The notes below the pieces were generated by a model. It searched no databases. It was not told where the DNA came from and saw nothing but the letters and a program-made list of their open reading frames with translations. Made by a program: the position numbers and the translations under genes. 64,000 nt of DNA, taken from NCBI GenBank assembly GCA_023700245.1, contig JAJPRE010000001.1, positions 68,807 to 132,806 of the forward strand, written 5' to 3'. This document shows, one piece after another, positions 39,206-47,692 of this stretch (positions are counted from its first letter, which is position 1; every line of letters starts with the position of its first letter). This DNA comes from Candidatus Thalassarchaeaceae archaeon (GTDB taxonomy: Archaea; Thermoplasmatota; Poseidoniia; Poseidoniales; Thalassarchaeaceae).

Positions 39206-40459
39206 ATGTGGACACGTAAAGGATCAATTATGCTCGCTAGCGGGATTAGCCTGATCTTAATTGGAATGATGATTTCAAACTTCCAATTTATAATAATTGG
39301 ATTAACCTTTATTGCATTTTTATCTATAAATGGATGGGTAGATGGTTATGATGATTTGGAAATAACACGTGAATTATCTGCATATAATGTTTACAAAGGA
39401 GATAAAATAATGGTTGATCTTACTATTTCTAATAAATCCTACAGGCGAACACAACAGATAGAAATTTTTGATAACGTCCCCCATGAAATGAAGTTACATC
39501 ACGGGATAAATCAAATGCGAATGAATTTAGGTCCTGGTCAAAGTACCAAAATAAGTTATTATGTAAGATGCCCATTACGTGGATATTATACAATTGGGCC
39601 AGTATCAGTACGTTATAGAAATTTTTTCAATCTATTTGTCAAGGAATCTCAAATAGATTCACGGTCGGATATCACTGTTTTTCCCCAGGTTAGAGATATT
39701 GAAGAGGCATTACTGAAATCAGATGTTCCAAATATGTATACGGGTGCAACAACATTGAAAACTCCAGGGCCTGGAATGGAGTTTTATTCTCTCAGAGAAT
39801 ATATTCCTGGTGATTCGTTTCGTTCAATTAATTGGAAAGCATTTGCAAGAACAGGTGAGTTGATGGTTAACGAAAAGACAAGAGATGCAGTTACCGATGT
39901 TTTCATACTTCTTGATACAAGAGATGTCTCTAGGATCGGTACAGTTTTGAAGAATTCTTTGGAAATGGGATCAGTTGCAGCTGCATCCATATCCAGTCAT
40001 TTCTTGAAAAGAAGAGATTCGGTTGCACTAGTAACATATGGCGATAAGATGGATTATCTTGGACCAGAAACTGGAGATAAACAGAATTTCAAAGTTTTGA
40101 GCAACCTTGCATCTGTTACATCCTCTGGTACAATGCCTCTACAAGCAGTTACTAATGCGATTATTTCCCGCATAAGTCGTGGTTCACCAATATTCATAAT
40201 TAGTAGTCTCGAAGGAGATGGAACTACATTGCCCGCAATTCGAAGTTTAGCCGGCAGAGGTCATGAAGTTGTTGTATTATCTCCAAGTAGTATCGATTTA
40301 GAGAGATTAGTTAGTAGAATACCTCGTCTTTCATATGAAGTTTTAAAATTAGAAAGGCAAAATAGACTAACAGCAATTTCAGGTTATGGGGCCAAGGTTA
40401 TTGATTGGATGCCAGATATTGAATTAGCCCAAGCTCTTATGCAGGTCAAAAGTTCTTAG
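39206..40459 (+). CDS. DUF58 domain protein (vWA-like, MoxR-associated family)
   Basis: N-terminal TM hairpin and DUF58 signature PGPGMEFYSLREYIPGDSFRSINWKAFARTGELMVNEKTRD...FILLDTRD. AGGTGA SD overlaps the upstream TAG. Confidence 0.8.
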   Translation: MWTRKGSIMLASGISLILIGMMISNFQFIIIGLTFIAFLSINGWVDGYDDLEITRELSAYNVYKGDKIMVDLTISNKSYRRTQQIEIFDNVPHEMKLHHGINQMRMNLGPGQSTKISYYVRCPLRGYYTIGPVSVRYRNFFNLFVKESQIDSRSDITVFPQVRDIEEALLKSDVPNMYTGATTLKTPGPGMEFYSLREYIPGDSFRSINWKAFARTGELMVNEKTRDAVTDVFILLDTRDVSRIGTVLKNSLEMGSVAAASISSHFLKRRDSVALVTYGDKMDYLGPETGDKQNFKVLSNLASVTSSGTMPLQAVTNAIISRISRGSPIFIISSLEGDGTTLPAIRSLAGRGHEVVVLSPSSIDLERLVSRIPRLSYEVLKLERQNRLTAISGYGAKVIDWMPDIELAQALMQVKSS

Positions 40460-40477
40460 AAAATAGGAGAGTTAGGC

Positions 40478-41656
40478 ATGGATATAGTTGAAAAACATAA
40501 ATCAAATGAAACCTTACATATTCCTGAACTAAGGAAAAAATGGCAAATTTTGACTTTCCAAATCATATCAACATTTTCACTCCTTGTCATAATGTTCCGA
40601 ATGAATGAGATATATGGATCATGTACAGATGAATTTATTCTTGCTGCCGAAGGATCGCAATATTGGTGCCCAGCATATGAGCATACTAGAGGATTAATAT
40701 GGTTAAGTAATAGTAATAATTTGCTTATACCCAATTTTCTTTTAGGAATCGGTCAGACTGGTATCTCGTCATTTTCAGGGCCTCTGATACTCTGTATATT
40801 AGCAACTTTTGGCAGGTCTTATTTATTATCGAAAAGTGATAAGATACAAAATGATATAAAGAAAATTACTGGCATAATTTTGGCAACATGGATATTACTG
40901 CCTTTCTTACTCTCATGGTTCTATTCAATGGCATTTAATGGCATTGAATTACCCTTCAAACATTATGATTCATTATTGGCTCCCTTATCATTTATGTTTG
41001 AATTAATATTCTTGGGGGTAGTATTTGCCCCTATTATGGCAGGAATGATGGGAATATGGGGATTATCTAGAAAATTAATAACTTGGGCTATGGGTTATTT
41101 TTTATTAGTAATTGGAGTGCACGCATTACTAACTTTTGAAGATATTTCCGGTGCTTTCGATTTAGGATTACAATCCTTGCCTTCTCAAATTGGTGAATCT
41201 ACTATGCTGGGGGGGCTAATATCCCCCCTTGCATATGATCTTCTGGAGATTTCAATCTTATTGCTGATATTTCTCGAATCGGGATTAGCCGCAATTACTC
41301 ATCTTGAATATGCCATGTCTCTTCCAGAAGGTTCTAAAAATGATATAGAATATATAAAACAATTTAATAATGTTATAAATTCACATTTAATTCATTTCTT
41401 CGTAATCATATTCTTAGTCGCATTTACTACGGCCCTCGCTCTCGAATTTGATGATTTATTGGTGTCCATTGTAGGTTTTATGCAAGGAACACAATGGTCA
41501 GGGCAAGTCAAAGAATCACTGGAGTTACAGATGACATATGGAAAAGTAATTTCTGCAAGTCTTTTCATGTTAGTCATCTCAGGAATGAGGTATGTAGTTC
41601 CATGGCAAAGAATAATTGGCATTATAGAATCTAATTTTAACAATCTACGTTCTTAA
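40478..41656 (+). CDS. Polytopic membrane protein, unknown function (third gene of DUF4350/DUF58 operon)
   Basis: 392 aa with about 9 hydrophobic segments. TAGGAGAG SD lies before the ATG. No family recognised. Confidence 0.6.
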   Translation: MDIVEKHKSNETLHIPELRKKWQILTFQIISTFSLLVIMFRMNEIYGSCTDEFILAAEGSQYWCPAYEHTRGLIWLSNSNNLLIPNFLLGIGQTGISSFSGPLILCILATFGRSYLLSKSDKIQNDIKKITGIILATWILLPFLLSWFYSMAFNGIELPFKHYDSLLAPLSFMFELIFLGVVFAPIMAGMMGIWGLSRKLITWAMGYFLLVIGVHALLTFEDISGAFDLGLQSLPSQIGESTMLGGLISPLAYDLLEISILLLIFLESGLAAITHLEYAMSLPEGSKNDIEYIKQFNNVINSHLIHFFVIIFLVAFTTALALEFDDLLVSIVGFMQGTQWSGQVKESLELQMTYGKVISASLFMLVISGMRYVVPWQRIIGIIESNFNNLRS

Positions 41657-41657
41657 T

Positions 41658-41909
41658 TTATTTAAAAATAAAATAATTAATAATTCGTAACGAGATGAAA
41701 TTTCCGACTAGTGGAGAGATTAAAATTAAAACTGATAATGATATTAAATTTGAATATGCTCCTGTATAATTTTGAATTAATTCTGAAAAATATGGAGAAA
41801 TTAAATAGCATAAGTAAAGTGTAAAAATAAGGCATATTCTATCTATCCAAGGTGTAGATAATTTTCCAACTTTTTCCATCCTTAAAGGTAATGACCCTAC
41901 ATCCTCCAT
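41658..41909 (-). CDS. Possible small membrane protein
   Basis: 83-aa ORF with two hydrophobic segments, filling an otherwise 348-nt AT-rich gap. No convincing SD or promoter seen. Confidence 0.3.
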   Translation of the reverse strand: MEDVGSLPLRMEKVGKLSTPWIDRICLIFTLYLCYLISPYFSELIQNYTGAYSNLISLSVLILISPLVGNFISLRIINYFIFK

Positions 41910-42004
41910 GCCTCTCTGAAGATATTTCTAGTCATCAATCCATCGCTGTAATTTTAGTAACTATTGATGAATGGATTCAATAGAAAAACCTTCGAGCATG
42001 CTGT

Positions 42005-43003
42005 ATGTGTGCTGCTATCTCAGTTGAGAGATGTAGCAAATGTCCTTCACAATCAATACTTTATCAAGTATACAGTGGCCAACATCTATGTGGTAAATGC
42101 CTAAGTGTTTCAGTCCGAAAAAAGACTTCTAAGGAACTAAGAAAGCAACTAATATTGCCTAAAAATGCCCGCCATGATGATGGAACGCCATTTAGGCTTC
42201 TTGTAGCAATTTCCGGAGGTAAAGACTCAGCAGTCTTACTTTCATTAATAGTAGATATAATCGGCAAAAGGAGAGATGTTGAGATAATTGCAGGTTGCGT
42301 GGATGAAGGAATAGATGGTTATCGTAAACCTTCCATGGAATGCGCAATAGAACTATCAAAAACTCTTGGAATAAAATTTGTTTCTATTAGTTATTCTGAA
42401 TTGGGGTATGAGGAAATGGATACTGTAGTTTCTAAGATGCCGAGAATGAGTGAATTGCATGATGATGCTAAGGGGATGATGCCATGCTCGTTCTGCGGTG
42501 TATTTAGAAGGCAAGGATTGAATGCATTAGCACGTAAAACAAATGCAGATATTATGGCATTAGGACATAATTTAGATGATATGGCGCAATCTATATTGAT
42601 GAATCTACAGAAAGGAGACATAGAAAGATCAGTTAGATTAGCCCCCCATACAGAATCTCCTTTAGAAGGCCTTACTCCCAGAATTGTTCCTTTAAGGTGG
42701 GTACCAGAACAAGAGATACATGCACATGCAGTAGTATCTAAGTTACCCTTTTTCCATGGTGATTGCCCTCATGCGCCCGGCGCAATGAGGCAATTAAGCC
42801 GCGATATAGTTGCGGAATTAGAGGAACAAACACCTGGTGCCAGACATGGATTATTACATTCGTTGGAAGAAATTCGACGCCTATATAACAATAGTAATGA
42901 TGTAGTAATTTCAAAGGCTAAAAAATGTTCAATTTGTAATGAAGTAACAAGTCGTGAAATTTGCCAAGCATGCACAATGAAAAAATGGCTATCTGAAGCT
43001 TAA
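42005..43003 (+). CDS. PP-loop ATPase, Ncs6/Ctu1/TtuA-type tRNA 2-thiolation protein
   Basis: PP-loop ISGGKDS plus N-terminal (CSKC...CGKC) and C-terminal (CSIC...CQAC) Cys pairs. Confidence 0.8.
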   Translation: MCAAISVERCSKCPSQSILYQVYSGQHLCGKCLSVSVRKKTSKELRKQLILPKNARHDDGTPFRLLVAISGGKDSAVLLSLIVDIIGKRRDVEIIAGCVDEGIDGYRKPSMECAIELSKTLGIKFVSISYSELGYEEMDTVVSKMPRMSELHDDAKGMMPCSFCGVFRRQGLNALARKTNADIMALGHNLDDMAQSILMNLQKGDIERSVRLAPHTESPLEGLTPRIVPLRWVPEQEIHAHAVVSKLPFFHGDCPHAPGAMRQLSRDIVAELEEQTPGARHGLLHSLEEIRRLYNNSNDVVISKAKKCSICNEVTSREICQACTMKKWLSEA

Positions 43004-43477
43004 TTATATTATTTGTTCATGTATCTCGGCCATATCTTGGATTTTACCGCAATATGAGCATCTTATCTCTACTGGATTTCTGCTTACGACTCTCAGCCGC
43101 TGGGGTAAAGGTTCTCTATGGTTTTGAGTTATACAATTAGAAAAAGAGCATTTTATTATATTTACTAATTCATCACTCAATCCAACCTGTCTTTTTTCAG
43201 CTACTCCATAGTTTCTAATGATTGCAACAGATGCCTCAGAAGCTATTATCGCCAACCTATCTAATTCTTCTTGAACTAACTCCCTATCTTCTATTTTTAG
43301 TACATCTTTACGACCTAACTTGTCACTTGGAACATTCATAACTAATGATATTGGATTGGATATTCCAGATTCTAACCTTAACATTCTGAGGACCTGCAGG
43401 GCCTGACCGCCAGGAATATGGTCAATAACAGTACCATTGCAAATTGCAGTTACCCTTCTCATTTCTGCATCACTCAT
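43004..43477 (-). CDS. pyrI: Aspartate carbamoyltransferase regulatory subunit
   Basis: VTAICNGTVIDHI allosteric domain and C-terminal Zn domain CSFSNC...CSYCGK. The start abuts the pyrB stop. Confidence 0.9.
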   Translation of the reverse strand: MSDAEMRRVTAICNGTVIDHIPGGQALQVLRMLRLESGISNPISLVMNVPSDKLGRKDVLKIEDRELVQEELDRLAIIASEASVAIIRNYGVAEKRQVGLSDELVNIIKCSFSNCITQNHREPLPQRLRVVSRNPVEIRCSYCGKIQDMAEIHEQII

Positions 43478-44461
43478 TTACAAAACCTCCTTTGATATAT
43501 CAATTCCCAAACTTTTGCAAAGTAATGCCATTCTAGTAGGTATTCCATTAAACGCTTGTTCGAAATACATGGCGTGTTTTGTAGAATCGACACTTGGATG
43601 AATTTCATTCACTCTCGGAAGAGGATGCATAATTATCATATTTTCTTTTGACCCTATTAAGTCAGATTCAGTAAGTGTGTATATTTCAGAAACCTTGGAA
43701 TATTCATCTTCATCTGGAAATCGTTCTTTTTGAATTCTTGTCATATATATCACATCAGAGTCTTTTATTTGCTCATATAATTGATCAGTTTCATTCACAA
43801 TTCCTCCTAAAGATTTCAAATCACTAACTATTTCATCAGGCATTTTCAAAGATTCAGGCGATACTAAAGTCAGGTTTACTCCAAAGCGTGCAAGTGCGTT
43901 TGAAAGGCTATGTGCCGTCCGACCATATCTTAAATCACCAACTAAAACTACATTTAAATCCTTAAATTCACCATGCGCCTCTCTTATTGTAAAAAGATCT
44001 AACAATGTTTGCGTTGGATGATTGCCAGCCCCATCTCCCGCGTTTAAGATAGGAATGGATACCGCGTCAGCACTGTATTGTGCGGCACCTTGTCTTGGAT
44101 GCCTTATTACAGCTACATCAGCGTAACCATCAATCATCTGCATGGTGTCGAACAAAGTTTCACCTTTAGATACAGAAGAGCCAGCCGATGTAAAATTCAA
44201 TACTTCTCCCCCCAATCTCTTCATTGCAGTTTCGAAAGACATACGAGTTCTAGTAGAATTTTCAAAGAACATATTTGCTAAAACTTTGCCCTGTAATAAT
44301 GGGAGATGAATATCACCTTTAGCAACTGGTAACATTTTCCTTGCATTATCTAATAACTTAATTATTTCCTCATTTGTGAGGTCATCCATAGTAATAACGT
44401 CGCCCATAACACTCTCTCTTAATTGTTCTAAGGGGGGGTACTCCATATGCCTTACTGACAA
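43478..44461 (-). CDS. pyrB: Aspartate carbamoyltransferase catalytic subunit
   Basis: ATCase motifs ENSTRTR, GNHPTQ and MHPLPR. Confidence 0.95.
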   Translation of the reverse strand: MSVRHMEYPPLEQLRESVMGDVITMDDLTNEEIIKLLDNARKMLPVAKGDIHLPLLQGKVLANMFFENSTRTRMSFETAMKRLGGEVLNFTSAGSSVSKGETLFDTMQMIDGYADVAVIRHPRQGAAQYSADAVSIPILNAGDGAGNHPTQTLLDLFTIREAHGEFKDLNVVLVGDLRYGRTAHSLSNALARFGVNLTLVSPESLKMPDEIVSDLKSLGGIVNETDQLYEQIKDSDVIYMTRIQKERFPDEDEYSKVSEIYTLTESDLIGSKENMIIMHPLPRVNEIHPSVDSTKHAMYFEQAFNGIPTRMALLCKSLGIDISKEVL

Positions 44462-44523
44462 ATCATTTCAATTATCAAAAAAACCGATGTCTTGATGGAG
44501 GATAGTCTCTCGGATAATAATAG

Positions 44524-45504
44524 ATGATTATCAGCCGCACTCCGCTCCGAGCATCATTTTGTGGAGGAGGTACTGATATTGATTCGTTTTCATATAATGA
44601 ATCAGAGGGCGGCATGGTCGTTTCCGCTGCAGTGAAGAATTACATACATGTTACTGTAAACAAGCGTTTCGATAACAAGATACGAGTTTCTTATTCTAAA
44701 TTAGAATTAGTTGACAATTTTGAGGATTTAGAGCATGATTTAGTCCGTGAAGCAATGCGAATTACAGGAATAATATCTGGGGTGGAAATAACTACTATTG
44801 CAGATATACCTTCAAAAGGAACTGGACTTGGATCTTCATCATCTGTAACAGTTGGTTTATTGAATGCCCTTCATACTTTCGCCGGGCACAATGTATCGGC
44901 AAAAAAATTGGCTGAAGAGGCATGTATCATAGAGTTAGATATACTAAAACAACCAATAGGTAGACAAGATCAATATGCAGCAGCATATGGGGGAATTAAT
45001 TCAATTTCCTTTTCTTCTAAGGGAAATGTTGTATCTCCTTTAGATGTCTCCGAGGAAATAATAGATAGGATCCAAGATGAATTTACGCTAGTATTTACTG
45101 GAATATCTAGGAGTGCAAGTAAGATACTCGGAGAATCCCCAACTAATTATGACGATAAAATTGATAGATTGAGAAAAATACGTTCACAAGCCAACAAATC
45201 AATGAAAATGTTGGAAATTGGTGATTTACAATCATTGGGTATGCTCCTTTCGGAGGCATGGAATCAAAAACGTGGAATATCTTCAAGTGTAAGTAATGAT
45301 GAATTAGATTTACTATATTCAAAAATAATTGACCTTGGGGCGTCAGGTGCAAAACTCCTAGGTGCAGGGGGAGGGGGATTCTTTATGGTGCACGGCAATA
45401 GTGAGTTTAGAGACATCATGAAAGTTGCATTACCATCTAATAAGATAATACCTTTAATTTTAGACTTCGACGGGTCTACTATAATTTATAATTCATATTC
45501 CTAG
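44524..45504 (+). CDS. GHMP-family sugar kinase (HddA/heptose- or sugar-phosphate kinase-like)
   Basis: N-terminus SRTPLRASFCGGGTD, GHMP motif II PSKGTGLGSSSS and C-terminal GAGGGGFF. Confidence 0.8.
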   Translation: MIISRTPLRASFCGGGTDIDSFSYNESEGGMVVSAAVKNYIHVTVNKRFDNKIRVSYSKLELVDNFEDLEHDLVREAMRITGIISGVEITTIADIPSKGTGLGSSSSVTVGLLNALHTFAGHNVSAKKLAEEACIIELDILKQPIGRQDQYAAAYGGINSISFSSKGNVVSPLDVSEEIIDRIQDEFTLVFTGISRSASKILGESPTNYDDKIDRLRKIRSQANKSMKMLEIGDLQSLGMLLSEAWNQKRGISSSVSNDELDLLYSKIIDLGASGAKLLGAGGGGFFMVHGNSEFRDIMKVALPSNKIIPLILDFDGSTIIYNSYS

Positions 45505-45512
45505 GTCTTATC

Positions 45513-47645
45513 ATGTTAAATAATCGTATTTATGCTGTTTTAGCTGCCATTATATTTTTATTTTCAGCATCAACTCCTATTTTTAATGACGATTATTCTG
45601 AGGATATAGTAAAAAATAAATTAAATAATTATTTTACTCAAGATACAAATAATTATTCATTTCAAGGCCAATCTTATCTTAATATATCTGGCCCAATTTC
45701 TCCAAATTCCCAAATAAATGCTACTTGGTATTCTGAGATAACTATCTTAGAATCATATGGATCCGATCTCTTGCCCAATCAATCATTTGGATTAAGGAAG
45801 CAAATTGATATTTATATTGGTAATAGTGATAATTTTTTAAATAATTCAGAGGTAATGGATTTCAAAGAATTAATTAACTCTTCAAGGGCATGGACGAATG
45901 CTGAACTTGGGGGATGTTGTATTTTTGACTATATACCATTTCTTTCCCAATTAGGTAATCAAATTATTATATCCGCTCCAGAAGTTGGTGATGTTAATTC
46001 TACTAATGGTTCTTGGGGTTGGGTTGAATCTGCCGATATTAGTGGATTTACCGATAACAGAGTTACCCGAATTCTACACATACCTAGAATTGGTTCCATA
46101 ACTGAACAAATTCCATTGCATGTTTCATTACCAAAAGATTGGGAATTTAGATATAGTGCAATGTCAGATTTAATATCTGGGAGTCCAAATAATTTTACTG
46201 TCAACAGGTCGCTTGCTCCTGTTGCATCCAATATCATAATATCCGTCGCTGAGAATTTACCTCCTGTTACTTCTGCTCACAGGTCCCCTCAAACATCATC
46301 ATTAGTCTCTATGAATAAATCATATATTTATACTGGAATTTGTAATGATGGATTTCTTGAAAACCCTCAAATGGAGTGGAGCATCATGAAAAATGAGGTA
46401 TTAATTCAGACATTCAACAATCCTTGGTTTGAATTTAATCCATTTGAGTATGGATTTACACATTCCGAGCAAGCAAATATATTATTGAAGTGTACAGATT
46501 CCCATAATTTGTCTTCATCTTGGTCTGAAGATATAATTATTGATAGTATTGCCCCAGAATGGTTAGGAGATATTTCTTACAATATTGATGGCGTAGTTAA
46601 TGAATTAAATATTGAGAATAGTGTATTTTCAGTAATATCAGGTTCGAAAGTAAAACTAAATATTTCTGCAATTGATGACAGTAATTTACCAGTATCTATC
46701 GAATTATATAGTAATATGTCAGATGAATGGAGGCAATACCATGTCAACGAAGGAATTTTTGAATTCTATGTAGCTCAAGGAAATAATATAAATGGGCTCC
46801 ATTTAAATATTTCAGATCGTCATCTTCCAAAACAACCGCGGCATATTGATATGGCACTTATAATAACCGATGAAGCAGGTAATTTCATAATAAATGAATG
46901 GAAATTAATAATAAAAGATGGAAATTCTCCATCAATCCTCATGGATATTTTGGCAAATGATACATTAGTAAGATTGGATAATCCTGCTAGAATGGATAAT
47001 CAAATAAAATTAATTTTCTCCAATTCTTACGATGATCTTGATTCTATAGAGAATACCACTTGGCAAATATTAATTGATGAAGAAATTTATCTTGAAACTT
47101 CAAATTGGTCAGGCGAAATCGAAAAATTTATTTTACCTGAACTTGAAATAGGATCGCATGTGGTATCTATAACGGCTACTGATTCTAAAGGTAATCAGAA
47201 AATCGAAAATTTCCCCTTGATTATTTTTCCAAATAGGGGAGTAGACTTAGAAGTTATTTCTTATTCTATATCAGAAGACTCATTACAAACTGGTAATGCC
47301 TTATTTGTTTTAGAAATGAAAAACAACTTCTACGATGATGCATATGCTAGAGCATGCATTGAAGGCACTTGTAGTAGGTTTGTACATTATCCGGGTGCAG
47401 ATTCCGATACCTCAACTATTGCTATTATGGAATTTGAAATTGAAATGCCAAATACATCAAAAGTAAATATTAGTATAGAATGGGACAGTAATTCTGCAGG
47501 TGAAAATGGTAATTTTATTCTTGAATACTCCATCCAATCAAATGAAAATAGCTCAAATACATCAAAGCTTGCATTAATTATAATCACTTGTTTATTCTTT
47601 TTCTTGATATTTCGAAATACGAATATATTAAATAAAAATAACTAG
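45513..47645 (+). CDS. Large anchored surface protein (sequon-rich), unknown function
   Basis: Signal-like N-terminus (AVLAAIIFLFSAST), C-terminal TM anchor (LALIIITCLFFFLIF) and many N-x-S/T sequons. Starts 8 nt after the kinase stop. Confidence 0.6.
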   Translation: MLNNRIYAVLAAIIFLFSASTPIFNDDYSEDIVKNKLNNYFTQDTNNYSFQGQSYLNISGPISPNSQINATWYSEITILESYGSDLLPNQSFGLRKQIDIYIGNSDNFLNNSEVMDFKELINSSRAWTNAELGGCCIFDYIPFLSQLGNQIIISAPEVGDVNSTNGSWGWVESADISGFTDNRVTRILHIPRIGSITEQIPLHVSLPKDWEFRYSAMSDLISGSPNNFTVNRSLAPVASNIIISVAENLPPVTSAHRSPQTSSLVSMNKSYIYTGICNDGFLENPQMEWSIMKNEVLIQTFNNPWFEFNPFEYGFTHSEQANILLKCTDSHNLSSSWSEDIIIDSIAPEWLGDISYNIDGVVNELNIENSVFSVISGSKVKLNISAIDDSNLPVSIELYSNMSDEWRQYHVNEGIFEFYVAQGNNINGLHLNISDRHLPKQPRHIDMALIITDEAGNFIINEWKLIIKDGNSPSILMDILANDTLVRLDNPARMDNQIKLIFSNSYDDLDSIENTTWQILIDEEIYLETSNWSGEIEKFILPELEIGSHVVSITATDSKGNQKIENFPLIIFPNRGVDLEVISYSISEDSLQTGNALFVLEMKNNFYDDAYARACIEGTCSRFVHYPGADSDTSTIAIMEFEIEMPNTSKVNISIEWDSNSAGENGNFILEYSIQSNENSSNTSKLALIIITCLFFFLIFRNTNILNKNN

Positions 47646-47692
47646 TTTTCAAATAATCAACCGCATAGATATTGACTGAATACCTTTAGGAT

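Noticed and set aside
34976-41656. Treating cdc48, the PRC-barrel gene and the DUF4350/DUF58/membrane genes as one five-gene system, with Cdc48 replacing MoxR.
   Set aside because: A 90-nt gap with its own TATA box precedes the DUF4350-like gene, and Cdc48 is a universal housekeeping unfoldase. Only cdc48/PRC-barrel coupling and the three-gene operon are each supported on their own.
41910-42004. TGATGA (C-box-like) sequences on both strands, as a possible C/D-box sRNA.
   Set aside because: No CTGA D box is present at an appropriate distance on either strand, and there is no terminal stem.
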